Shown one piece after another: positions 18,469 through 26,928 of a stretch of DNA of 44,514 nt; position 1 is the first letter of the stretch, and every line of letters starts with the position of its first letter. Origin of the DNA: a virus. Below the pieces are notes generated by a model, which was not told where the DNA came from, did no database searches, and saw nothing but the letters and a program-made list of their open reading frames with translations. The position numbers were made by a program, and so were the translations under genes. Location: UHGV virus genome UHGV-1355725, one strand, 5' to 3'.

Positions 18469-20405
18469 TATTCCCCTTTCAGATAATCAGCAACACGTCT
18501 ATCGAGTTCCGCCATCTGCTTAAGCGTGAGCGGATTCCCGAAACCATCTACAGATATTACGCGAAACTCTTCCGGCGATATACCGCTGTTGCGGAAAATC
18601 TTACCCCGCACCGGGCCTAACGCCTGGTCCTGAAACCATGCAGGTTGTTGTTTAAGGAACTCGTAATAAGTGGTGTCCGCACTTACCTGAGTTCCGCCAT
18701 CTGCACCCTTAGCCGCGCGTTTTGCGCCTTTATCCAGGAAGTCGAACTCTGAACTGATTACAGGTGCCGTGGTACTTCGGCAGCCAAAATGGGCTGGGGG
18801 CATTGGCCCTTTACCAATCTCCCACGTCATTCCGTCTCTGGCCCTGCAATTCTTGACTATCGCACTACCTGCTGTATAATATCCTTGACTACTAGAGAGG
18901 GTATAAACATGGCACGTTCTAAACTCGACGCTTATGCGGATGATATTTGTTCTTTGTACCGAGATGGCACTCCCGCCAGCATCATAGCCAAGAATTACGG
19001 CGTCACTACCACCACGGTAACAACATTTCTCAAGAAGCTCGGACTCATGCATGATCGACCCCGTGGTTGGGTTTCTAACGACACCATTTTGAATCAAAAA
19101 AGGGCTATAGAATTGTTCGAGTCCGGCGTCCCGCCTATTGAGTGCATAAGAAGGACCCAAGTCAGCAAAACAGTTTTCTATTCTATGGTCAAAACACTTG
19201 GCCTCGCTAAGCGCGGGCACACTCACAGGACATTCACCCCGGAGGAGAAAATCGCCAGAGCTATCGTCCGACAGCAAAGCGGCGCTATGAATAAGACTGA
19301 AACCATCGCTTTTGAATTGTTTAATTCCGCTGGCGTGGACGTAGTTCCGCAGTTTGCAATCGGCCCGTACAATGTCGATTTTGCCATTGAGTCCCACTCC
19401 ATCGCCATAGAAATCTGTTGCCGCGGGACTCGTGCTTACCATTTTCCTGATGGGGAAATCAGCGAGCGTATTAAAAATATAATCCGCTCTGGCTGGCATG
19501 TTTATGTTCTTCACTGTTTCGAGCACAGTCACTTTGTCAACAGTGGTATACAAGACATGCTTAGTTGGATCGAGTTCATCAAGCGGAGTCCATCCGTATT
19601 GCGTGAGTACAGGGTGTTTCGGGGTGCCACTGAACTTCTCGCCGTTGGAAAGTTCGATGGTAAAGATTTTTCCTGAATAGAGTCCGCGCATTACCGCGTC
19701 CATCCCCGCGATGGGCGCTAATTCTGTTTCAGCCGTGAAACACGTTGTACTGGTACGGCTGTCCAATGTTGATACCCACTCATATTTCTCGATGATGTCG
19801 TCGTTCTGGCGGTACGTCTCGTTACGTGCTTCATTGGACACGTGAGACAGCGCGGTGCGGATTACAGTAGCCGCGTTACGTTCAGAGATGTCAGCCAGTC
19901 CGCCAGCGCCTACAACACTTTTAACAATCTGCCGCGTAGTTTGGCCTTGTACGAAGCCCATCTTAACGCCAGTTACCAGGCGCGCGACTTCTGTTTCACC
20001 CCAACCTGACATCAGCTTGGTGAAGTCAACAGGCTTGTCGCTCAGTGAGAGCGGCTGAAACTCGGCGGCGGCCCACACCTGTTCTGCGGTAGGTGTAACA
20101 AATTCCGCGTTAACGTTGGCGGTCAGTGTCTTTACGTTCCACTCAGCCTCATACTTCGCCAATTCCTTAAGGTCTTCTGTCAGCTTTGTTTGCCAGTCAC
20201 CTGTAAGCCAGGTTAGCGCTTCTTCAAGGTTGAGTAACAGTTTATTCAGTCGCGCAGTGCTCCGCCCGTCGTCGCCGAATAACAGCACCTGCCGTTTGAT
20301 TTCGTCCCGCATTTCCTGAATGAACGGTGCAAGGTCTTTCACTTCTCCGGAAGCGGTTCGTTGCAGCCATATCTGGTGGCTGATTAAGGATGTAAGTAAG
20401 CTCAT
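18468..20405 (-). CDS. head morphogenesis protein (SPP1 gp7 / Mu F-like) interrupted by an intein
   Basis: ATG 20405 with RBS AGGAGG; F-like motifs WVSTLDSRTSTT (before the intein) and GKGPMPPAHFGCRS (after); 298-aa insertion with intein signatures between them; located just after the portal gene. Confidence 0.7.
   Translation of the reverse strand: MSLLTSLISHQIWLQRTASGEVKDLAPFIQEMRDEIKRQVLLFGDDGRSTARLNKLLLNLEEALTWLTGDWQTKLTEDLKELAKYEAEWNVKTLTANVNAEFVTPTAEQVWAAAEFQPLSLSDKPVDFTKLMSGWGETEVARLVTGVKMGFVQGQTTRQIVKSVVGAGGLADISERNAATVIRTALSHVSNEARNETYRQNDDIIEKYEWVSTLDSRTSTTCFTAETELAPIAGMDAVMRGLYSGKIFTIELSNGEKFSGTPKHPVLTQYGWTPLDELDPTKHVLYTTVDKVTVLETVKNINMPARADYIFNTLADFPIRKMVSTSPAATDFYGDGVGLNGKIDIVRADCKLRNYVHASGIKQFKSDGFSLIHSAALLSDDSSGDFLLRGECPVSVPALSEAKCFDHRIENCFADLGPSYALNRRDAGLEQFYSPFLIQNGVVRNPTTGSIMHESELLEKCCYRGGSDAVILGYDAGGSAISVQRTNIIRISVEFRTCHVYTLSSSQGYYTAGSAIVKNCRARDGMTWEIGKGPMPPAHFGCRSTTAPVISSEFDFLDKGAKRAAKGADGGTQVSADTTYYEFLKQQPAWFQDQALGPVRGKIFRNSGISPEEFRVISVDGFGNPLTLKQMAELDRRVADYLKGE
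18853..18880 (+). promoter_or_regulatory. near-consensus sigma70-type promoter inside the intein, antisense to the head morphogenesis gene
   Basis: TTGACT (18853-18858), 16-bp spacer, TATAAT (18875-18880); RBS GAGAGGG and ATG 18909 follow. Confidence 0.5.
18909..19676 (+). CDS. nested antisense gene: HTH domains plus DUF559/Vsr-like (PD-(D/E)xK-type) endonuclease domain, candidate homing endonuclease
   Basis: 255 aa from ATG 18909; two HTH-like segments (IIAKNYGVTTTTVTTFLKKLGL; IECIRRTQVSKTVFYSMVKTLGL); C-terminal YNVDFAIESHSIAIEI...RSGWHVYVL resembling Vsr/DUF559 endonucleases; lies entirely within the intein on the opposite strand. Confidence 0.55.
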   Translation: MARSKLDAYADDICSLYRDGTPASIIAKNYGVTTTTVTTFLKKLGLMHDRPRGWVSNDTILNQKRAIELFESGVPPIECIRRTQVSKTVFYSMVKTLGLAKRGHTHRTFTPEEKIARAIVRQQSGAMNKTETIAFELFNSAGVDVVPQFAIGPYNVDFAIESHSIAIEICCRGTRAYHFPDGEISERIKNIIRSGWHVYVLHCFEHSHFVNSGIQDMLSWIEFIKRSPSVLREYRVFRGATELLAVGKFDGKDFS

Positions 20406-20448
20406 AGGCCCTCCTGTAGTATCGACAGTGTAACGCATAAAAATAATA

Positions 20449-20481
20449 TTTGCAGACACCAATATAATAGGGTACTATTCA
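20449..20481 (+). promoter_or_regulatory. class-1 promoter with embedded inverted-repeat operator
   Basis: TTGCAG (20449-20454), 17-bp spacer, TACTAT (20473-20478); inverted repeat AATAG-GGTA-CTATT 20466-20479; 40-nt block identical to the copy at 17689. Confidence 0.5.
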
Positions 20482-20506
20482 GTTAACTTAAACAGGGGGG
20501 TTAAAA

Positions 20507-20791
20507 ATGACACACAAATTTAAAGGTACAGACGGCGCATGGGTTAATCACGGAACAGCTATCTGGGCGGGGGACGTTTATGTGGCCGAGGTAATGAGTA
20601 TGCGGGAAAAGGACTCCGTAAAATTAGCTAACGCAAAACTTATCACCTCGGCACCCGAGTTACTTGAAGCACTTCGCCAGCTTCGCGATTACGTCGAGGA
20701 TGTTTGTGCAGTATCTTCTGATGATTGCCATGAAGACCATCCATTAAATCGGGCCAACAGAGCAATCAAGAAAGCATTAGGAAAGAAATAA
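20507..20791 (+). CDS. hypothetical protein (single-gene insertion)
   Basis: 94-aa ORF between the head morphogenesis and portal genes on the opposite strand; own promoter and terminator. Confidence 0.5.
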   Translation: MTHKFKGTDGAWVNHGTAIWAGDVYVAEVMSMREKDSVKLANAKLITSAPELLEALRQLRDYVEDVCAVSSDDCHEDHPLNRANRAIKKALGKK

Positions 20792-20794
20792 AAA

Positions 20795-20820
20795 TAAGGC
20801 CCCATAACGGGGCCTTTTTC
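20795..20820. terminator. bidirectional rho-independent terminator
   Basis: Hairpin AAGGCCCC-ataac-GGGGCCTT followed by TTTTTC; between convergent stops (20791 plus, 20822 minus). Confidence 0.6.
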
Positions 20821-20821
20821 T

Positions 20822-22297
20822 CTACTCCGATTGTTGTTGCTGCGCCGACTGCGGAATCTCCCCCGCTACCTGAGTACCCGCACCTAACGGCAGCGGCGCG
20901 TCCTCGATAGCATTCTGAATGTCCTCGTCTGTCCAGTCGGTTACGCCCGCCTTGCGCAACGCTGCGTAGTACGCAGTCGCTGGCAGCAAACCGGCGTTAA
21001 TATCGGCCATCCACTGAGCACGGTCCTGAGCGGTCATCGGTTGCAGGAAGAACTCCATGTTCAGTTTGAATTCAATCTCTGTGCCTTCACGCAACCCTAG
21101 CATTGCAGCTACCCAGCGCAGCGCATCGGTATACGCCATGCTTACGTTACGTGCGATTGTCGCCATAACAGACGTATCAGCACCGCGTTGCAGGCGGGCT
21201 GATTCGGCGGTGATTTGCTGCGTAGGGGTGATAAGCTGCGCACCAATCTGGATGGCCTGATTTTCTTTATCCAGCATGTTCTGCTTAGCGAGGTTGTTCT
21301 CCCCCGCCTGAACCAAGAACGCATTGCCGCCGTGACCGATGTTATGACCTGAGCGCGACCCCATACGCACGCCGTGAGGGTTGGCTTCTGCCCACTGTTC
21401 CATGCTCATGTTTTCACCGGGGGCGATGAACAGAGTGGGCTGGCCTACAACGAAGCTGGACTCCTCATTGTCTGCGCTGTTACGGAAATGCCCGATATTA
21501 AGCTCAGCTAACGGTAGCAAAGGCGCGTCATCGATGGTTGCGTCGTTGTTGCTTGCTCCGATGAACGTGAACGGGATTTTGCCGCGCAACTGTTCGCCAA
21601 GTTCCGGGAATATTTCGATTACTTCATCCTGGGCGCCACCTTCTGCGTCGAAGCGGTAAATGCGCTGGCGGTAGCGGCCATCAATCAGGTCGAGAACGCG
21701 GTATTGCTCCCCGAACTTTGTTTCGAACTCAGCGCCTGATTCAGAGTACTCCCATACTTCTCGCAACACGACCATCGTCACGCGGTTAACCGAACCGATG
21801 CGGGTCAGTCGCCAGTTGATGATGTTCTCTGCGGTGTAGAATGCGATGGCCGGGTTTAATAGCCCCGCGTTCTGTTCGGCTGCCGTTGCCGCAGCTGTCT
21901 CCGGGGCGTCCACCAGCAACCCGCCACGACCTACCGAGTCAATCTCCATTAGTGTATCCTGCGCGTGTTGCCACAGTCCGACACCGGAACCGTCGGCGTT
22001 ACGTAACAGGTACTCAAGCTCAGGCGGAATAATCTGCTCGGGGTCTTTGCGCATAACCGACCCCACCATCCCCGCCAGGGTACGTTTAGTGAAGTTGTAG
22101 CAGATAGCGCCGTTCTCATATTCTTCCTGGCGCTGGGCCGCGTAGGTGGGGTCAGGTTCGTTCTTACCGACGTTGCGAAGATAGCGGATAAGGTCGCCTT
22201 CCAGTGCGTGGCGCACCTTCTGCCATTTATCGAAGTGATGCAGCCATTCCCGGTGTTTTGTCTTAACACCCTGATTCTGACCGTTCATAGTTAACAT
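20822..22297 (-). CDS. portal protein
   Basis: 491-aa ORF, ATG 22297 with RBS AAGAGGA, directly downstream of the terminase large subunit; function positional. Confidence 0.65.
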   Translation of the reverse strand: MLTMNGQNQGVKTKHREWLHHFDKWQKVRHALEGDLIRYLRNVGKNEPDPTYAAQRQEEYENGAICYNFTKRTLAGMVGSVMRKDPEQIIPPELEYLLRNADGSGVGLWQHAQDTLMEIDSVGRGGLLVDAPETAAATAAEQNAGLLNPAIAFYTAENIINWRLTRIGSVNRVTMVVLREVWEYSESGAEFETKFGEQYRVLDLIDGRYRQRIYRFDAEGGAQDEVIEIFPELGEQLRGKIPFTFIGASNNDATIDDAPLLPLAELNIGHFRNSADNEESSFVVGQPTLFIAPGENMSMEQWAEANPHGVRMGSRSGHNIGHGGNAFLVQAGENNLAKQNMLDKENQAIQIGAQLITPTQQITAESARLQRGADTSVMATIARNVSMAYTDALRWVAAMLGLREGTEIEFKLNMEFFLQPMTAQDRAQWMADINAGLLPATAYYAALRKAGVTDWTDEDIQNAIEDAPLPLGAGTQVAGEIPQSAQQQQSE

Positions 22298-22309
22298 TGA
22301 ATAATCCTC

Positions 22310-23560
22310 TTAAAGTGCGAAAGTCACCGGGATGTTGATTACTGGTTTAACCACCGGCATCTCATAAACTACAGGATAGCCGAGAGCATCTGCCATATGG
22401 TCAATGATGCCGTCTTTAGCTGGCTCTCCGTTATCGTCATATGCCTGCTGCTCCAGCGTCTTGGCTATCTCAGGGCATAAGTGGTCGTTAACCCACAGCT
22501 TACCTTTTTCCAGCGCGGCATTCACGGCTAAAACGCGGTCTTTAACCGGTGGGTTGGCGGATTTAGCGCGAACATCGAAACCCGCCTGCTGTAGTAAGGC
22601 GATATCAGAGATTGACGCTGAGTTTGTCTTGCGGTTCTTGCCGCTGGCATCCGGGTAAACGACGATGCGGTGGCCTTGCAACTTCCACTTCTCAGTAATT
22701 ACACGCACGGTGTCCGGCGTATCAAACAGACCTTTCAGTTCTGCAACCGCATGCCAGCCGTCTTTACGTTGCACATACACGGCGCTGGCGTTCTTCGTAA
22801 CGTTGAAGTCCTGCCCGATGTACAGCGTGTCGCCAGGTTGAATTGTCTCTTTGCTGCGGTGCTTACGGCGGTCGTAGGCGTAATACACGCTGCCGGAGGT
22901 AAGGTTGACGAACTCACCGTTCAGATAAGCATTAATCAGTTGCGCCGGATAAGTCTCGGTTAGTGAGCTGATGTAGTCCGGAGGCAGGAATCGCGCGTTC
23001 TCATGTGTGGAAGCCTGCACCATTGAGTAACTTGGAGTTGGATTCTCTTTAAACTTGGCGTAGACGAACTTGAACCCTTCCGGCGTCGTGGTAACAGAGA
23101 TGTGGTTAGTTACACCAGGAATAACCAGACGCATACGGGCCACAATTTTGTTCCACGCCAGCTCGGCTTTCTCGCGGCTCAATACGTCCAGCTCATCCAC
23201 GACCGCTGCGGCGATTTTGAAGCCCACAATCGAGCCTGGGTTATCCATTGAACGGCAGATAACAGTTCCGAGCACTGTCTTACCGCGAGTTACAACGACT
23301 TCTTTGTCGCCAGATTTAACCAGCACATCGAGTCCGAGCAGGTTAGCCGCTTCCTCGAATGTCGGGTAGAAGATGTCGCGTATGGCCGGGTATGTCGGGC
23401 CGAAGTAGCCCAGGCGCGTACCGGGGTGCTTTAGCATAAACGTAAGCAGGTCGAGACAGCCAACAAATGTCTTGCCGCTGCCGAAGCCGCCGACATAGGC
23501 CTTGTATTTATTATCGCAGTTCAGGAACAACGCCTGTGGTGCAGATAGCTGAATACTCAT
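22310..23560 (-). CDS. terL: terminase large subunit
   Basis: Walker A GGFGSGKT, Walker B VVDELD, C-terminal nuclease-like region; RBS GGAGGA; 416 aa. Confidence 0.85.
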   Translation of the reverse strand: MSIQLSAPQALFLNCDNKYKAYVGGFGSGKTFVGCLDLLTFMLKHPGTRLGYFGPTYPAIRDIFYPTFEEAANLLGLDVLVKSGDKEVVVTRGKTVLGTVICRSMDNPGSIVGFKIAAAVVDELDVLSREKAELAWNKIVARMRLVIPGVTNHISVTTTPEGFKFVYAKFKENPTPSYSMVQASTHENARFLPPDYISSLTETYPAQLINAYLNGEFVNLTSGSVYYAYDRRKHRSKETIQPGDTLYIGQDFNVTKNASAVYVQRKDGWHAVAELKGLFDTPDTVRVITEKWKLQGHRIVVYPDASGKNRKTNSASISDIALLQQAGFDVRAKSANPPVKDRVLAVNAALEKGKLWVNDHLCPEIAKTLEQQAYDDNGEPAKDGIIDHMADALGYPVVYEMPVVKPVINIPVTFAL

Positions 23561-24102
23561 TCCTCCACCTCGCCCATGTTAGTTGTTACAATTTTACCTA
23601 CAGGCTCTGCAACACTGAAAATAATCTCGGTTGGTGCTGTTTCTTCGGCGGATTCAACTGGTTTCTCTTTGCCGAGGCCCAGCTTAGCGGCAGCGAATCT
23701 GGCCGAGATTCCGATAGCCCCGTTTTCTAAGAAGTAAGCCTCTTCAAGCGCTTTCGCGGTTTCATAGGCTTCCGCAAATGCAGGAATCTCGCGCAGCCAC
23801 AGATTAATAATTGGGATAGTTACCCCTATGTGTAGTGCGAATCGGACAAGAGATGGCGGTTTGTCCTGCATAAGAGCGCGTTTTTCACCTTTCGGCGTAA
23901 GCTCGAATTCCCATGACGTGCGGTCGAAGAACTCGATTAACGCGTCGCAATAGTCCGGGTCCCACAATGCGGCGGAATTACGGGATGATTGATAAAGGCT
24001 CTGTTTGCCGCGCGGTCGTTTACGGCGACGGTTTGCGCTAACAGCTTCTTCATGTGCAGCTTGCACCACCTCTGGTGATGGCTGCTTGAGTTTCAGCTTC
24101 AT
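23557..24102 (-). CDS. putative terminase small subunit
   Basis: 181-aa ORF from ATG 24102 (RBS AGGGGA), overlapping the terL start by 4 nt; assignment positional. Confidence 0.45.
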   Translation of the reverse strand: MKLKLKQPSPEVVQAAHEEAVSANRRRKRPRGKQSLYQSSRNSAALWDPDYCDALIEFFDRTSWEFELTPKGEKRALMQDKPPSLVRFALHIGVTIPIINLWLREIPAFAEAYETAKALEEAYFLENGAIGISARFAAAKLGLGKEKPVESAEETAPTEIIFSVAEPVGKIVTTNMGEVEE

Positions 24103-24195
24103 AGAATCCCCTTGCATATGCGTCTGACCATCAGAGCGCACCAGACGCGCCCTACGCGTCTAAATGGATTATATAAGGGGATTGGGCGGGATGTA

Positions 24196-24219
24196 CAGAA
24201 AAGCCCTCTACGGAGGGCT
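24196..24219 (-). terminator. rho-independent terminator upstream of the packaging genes
   Basis: Hairpin GCCCTC-cgta-GAGGGC followed on the minus strand by TTTTCTGT. Confidence 0.4.
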
Positions 24220-24321
24220 TGTATCAGTTGTATAGACCGTATCGTGAGGCTCTTTTACCATCGCCGCCGTAATGGTCGTTAGCTACGGCTATAGTCCAGG
24301 CGTTGGGTATGATTAGTAGTC

Positions 24322-24504
24322 TCATTTGAAGAACCACAAAAGGATGCCTGCGATACCTGAGATATACAGCCCGCCAACAATCATCCATAATTGAAGCCTA
24401 GGCAGTTGCTTCACTACGGGCCAACTTGATATAAGCGCCCATGCGAACGCCATAATAAATACATTATATCCAAAACGCCTAAGAAACTCTAAAACCTCAA
24501 TCAT
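24322..24504 (-). CDS. small membrane protein
   Basis: 60 aa with two hydrophobic segments. Confidence 0.4.
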   Translation of the reverse strand: MIEVLEFLRRFGYNVFIMAFAWALISSWPVVKQLPRLQLWMIVGGLYISGIAGILLWFFK

Positions 24505-24761
24505 TCCCTACTCTCCCCTTTAGCAATGCGTTGCTCTGTTTTAGTGATACCACGGCGTGTGAATAACACCGGGCTTGTCTTAACGTGCGTCATGAGACGA
24601 TTGTTATAAATTACATGGCGCTCGCAATCAACGTCTTTGCTGTACTTCGCAATGGTCATTTCGTTGATGCCTGTTTGTCTGCACGTCTCCGCCATCGTGC
24701 CAAATTCTTTAATCAGGTTCGGAATGCTGGTAATCATCCTAAGAAATTCCTCGTTGTCCAC
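24501..24761 (-). CDS. hypothetical protein with HTH-like segment
   Basis: 86-aa ORF; segment TMAETCRQTGINEMTIAKYS resembles an HTH; candidate regulator, inference only. Confidence 0.35.
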   Translation of the reverse strand: MDNEEFLRMITSIPNLIKEFGTMAETCRQTGINEMTIAKYSKDVDCERHVIYNNRLMTHVKTSPVLFTRRGITKTEQRIAKGESRE

Positions 24762-24908
24762 ATCGCATTCGGATATTTATTATCGCGGTCCTGCACTACG
24801 GCAATCATGTTACCGCGTTGCACGAGGCAGAAGTGCCGTTGTTGCTCGCCGTTGTAGCGACGCCATATTGCTTCTTCGATTGCTGAGTCGATGTCACTGA
24901 ACATACTC

Positions 24909-25091
24909 TCACCCCACTATCTCATCACCAAGCCACGCCGTTTCTCGTATATCATCGACAACACAAGCGGCGTGCTCACGGCTAATTGCAAAAATGTAGA
25001 AGCTGAACTTCTTCCCATCGGCGTAGATGTGGTTAACCGAGTAAGGTTTCCACAGGACGCCTTCTATAGCTACTGGCTCAGGCGCTTTCAT
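24909..25091 (-). CDS. hypothetical protein
   Basis: 60-aa ORF in the minus-strand small-gene block. Confidence 0.3.
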   Translation of the reverse strand: MKAPEPVAIEGVLWKPYSVNHIYADGKKFSFYIFAISREHAACVVDDIRETAWLGDEIVG

Positions 25092-25222
25092 TCTTCATGC
25101 GCTCAAGCAACAACTTAAACGCCTCCAGTTGAAACTCACCGTTAATCGACAGTTGCCCGCCTAACGTCTGTTTCTCCGACTCGAGTACCAGAATACGCTG
25201 CTCAAGTGATGCGATTGTGATT

Positions 25223-25411
25223 TTAGGCATTGGTGTCACCCTTGTTCAGGTTGAAGCGGTTAATCAGTTCACGGCGGCGTTCCATAAGGACGTCTACTAA
25301 TTGCGCGTGGTGTTTAATCCTGGCATCGAGGACCGCTAATTCTCTTAATGCCTCGTTTGTTTTGCCGTTAACGGCCTCTACCATCATCTTTTCGTATTCA
25401 CGGTCAGTCAT
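25223..25411 (-). CDS. hypothetical protein
   Basis: 62-aa ORF, helical/charged. Confidence 0.4.
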   Translation of the reverse strand: MTDREYEKMMVEAVNGKTNEALRELAVLDARIKHHAQLVDVLMERRRELINRFNLNKGDTNA

Positions 25412-25572
25412 TCTTTACGCTCTCCCCACATGCGATTGAGGTACTTGTTCTTGTCCGGCCCCGGGAAACTGTTACGTTTCATCAGCTCCTCGCGTGTTGG
25501 GAACGGGGTGTTACTGACTTTACGGCCTACTCGTAATGGTTGGCTTACTTGACCTTGTTCGCTCATTTCTTA

Positions 25573-25776
25573 TCACCTGTAATATGTTGCTTCTAATGAT
25601 TCTAGTACCGGCGCGCTGTACCCGTGGTCGCATTCGCAATCCCAAGAGTCATCGGAGCAGTTATAAGCTTTAAGTTGCCCGTACTCCCATTTAAGAGTTG
25701 CCGAATATGGAGCATCTCCTACAAACCACACCGCTACAAATTGTCCTTCTGACGGCATTTCATAACTAACCTTCAT
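25573..25776 (-). CDS. hypothetical Cys-containing protein
   Basis: 67-aa ORF, ATG 25776 with RBS GGAGAG; CxC motif CSDDSWDCECDH. Confidence 0.4.
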   Translation of the reverse strand: MKVSYEMPSEGQFVAVWFVGDAPYSATLKWEYGQLKAYNCSDDSWDCECDHGYSAPVLESLEATYYR

Positions 25777-25955
25777 TTCTTCTCTCCTGCATAAGCTGCT
25801 TTAAGTGTCTGCATAGCGGCGAACCAGAACGCGTCCGCCGGGATATTGCTGCTCAGGTTACTAACGGCAATGCGTGCCATCAGTTGTGCGTCTTTGAATG
25901 CTTCGATGTCTGTGATTTTCATCTTCTCTACTCCGTTCTCGTTGTCGATGGAGTA

Positions 25956-25984
25956 AATATAGTAGGGTCATAGATAATAGTCAA
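25956..25984 (-). promoter_or_regulatory. sigma70-type promoter (minus strand)
   Basis: On the minus strand TTGACT, 17-bp spacer, TATATT; the spacer carries a degenerate copy of the class-1 core (TAGGGTCATAG). Confidence 0.35.
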
Positions 25985-26003
25985 CTAGTCATTACCGAAA
26001 ATA

Positions 26004-26038
26004 GATAAAAAAAAATCCCGGCTGGGTCAGGGCCGGGA
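26004..26038 (-). terminator. rho-independent terminator after the lysis cassette
   Basis: Hairpin CCCGGC-cctgaccca-GCCGGG followed on the minus strand by a run of nine T. Confidence 0.6.
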
Positions 26039-26192
26039 TAAAACGGGAGAGCAGAGGGATGGAGCAGGAGGTGATTTAAGTATCGTCGGATTAATCTTGG
26101 GTGTCAACCTTTACGGAGAGCGTCAATCACACCCCAAATCACGCCAGCTATCGCACCAGCTCCAATAGCCAGGAAAATGAAGTCAAACTCTG

Positions 26193-26678
26193 TCATTTAA
26201 CAGCCCTCCCGATAGCCTCAGCCTCTTGCCACGGTTTACCGTCGAACAGCGCCAGACGACCAGCTGTACGGCGACGCAGGCCTAGTAATGGTTTACCGTT
26301 CTGGTTAATGAACAGCGCCAGCTTAGCCCGCAGTGTCGCGGTATCACCCGAACGCAGCGCCTTACCCGTGCCAGTAGTAGCTGCAATCACGCCAGCACCT
26401 GCGTTATAGACCAGGTCGCACACTGCGTCGAACTGGGCCTGCGTCAGTGAATGGTGTGCTGCTGCATCAACCGCGGCTACGGCTTTAGCCATATCACGAT
26501 TCAGTAACAGGAGGCCTTGTCCCGGTGTGATGGTCTTACCCGGGGTTACGTCCGGCCCATAGTGACCGTAGCCGATAGTCAGGTACTTCTCATTCGGCGT
26601 AGCACGATATGCAGTACCACGGAATCCCTCGAACGCTGCGGTAAAATGCAAGCCATTATCTGAAATGTTTCGAGACAC
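26193..26678 (-). CDS. endolysin, GH24 (T4-lysozyme-like) family
   Basis: Motif FEGFRGTAYRATPNEKYLTIGYGH characteristic of phage lysozyme; GTG start with RBS GGAGGA; overlaps the upstream holin-like gene. Confidence 0.8.
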   Translation of the reverse strand: MSRNISDNGLHFTAAFEGFRGTAYRATPNEKYLTIGYGHYGPDVTPGKTITPGQGLLLLNRDMAKAVAAVDAAAHHSLTQAQFDAVCDLVYNAGAGVIAATTGTGKALRSGDTATLRAKLALFINQNGKPLLGLRRRTAGRLALFDGKPWQEAEAIGRAVK

Positions 26679-26928
26679 GCTTATGTCCTCCGTACGACAG
26701 CCACGCCTGGCGAATCTGGCGCAGCGCAACTAATGTTATTAATGTTTCAGGCAGCGTAGGCGACATGCTGCCTTGTAACAGGTGGATACATCCGGCGGCG
26801 CAGACAATAGCAGTCAGGATATAGAGCACCCGACCAAATAGCCCGTCGTCCACGCGTTCATTATACACGTTGAACAGGGACGAAGCGCCCATTGCCAGCA
26901 TTACGACAAACCAGAATAACTCATTCAT
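26656..26928 (-). CDS. holin/antiholin-like membrane protein
   Basis: 90 aa from ATG 26928 (RBS GAGGAGG); two hydrophobic segments; positioned between holin and endolysin. Confidence 0.45.
   Translation of the reverse strand: MNELFWFVVMLAMGASSLFNVYNERVDDGLFGRVLYILTAIVCAAGCIHLLQGSMSPTLPETLITLVALRQIRQAWLSYGGHKRVSKHFR

Larger units (their letters stand above)
18849..19742 (-). mobile_element. intein in the head morphogenesis protein
   Basis: Starts with Cys (CFTAETEL...), block-B-like GEKFSGTPKHPVLTQYGWTPLDEL, C-terminal VYTLSSSQGYYTAGSAIVKN followed by extein Cys; frame open throughout. Confidence 0.6.

Noticed and set aside
26015-26050. Treating the hairpin at 26017-26037 as a plus-strand terminator
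   Set aside because: The T-run follows the hairpin only on the minus strand (A-run on plus), and it sits downstream of minus-strand lysis genes, so it is assigned to the minus strand.
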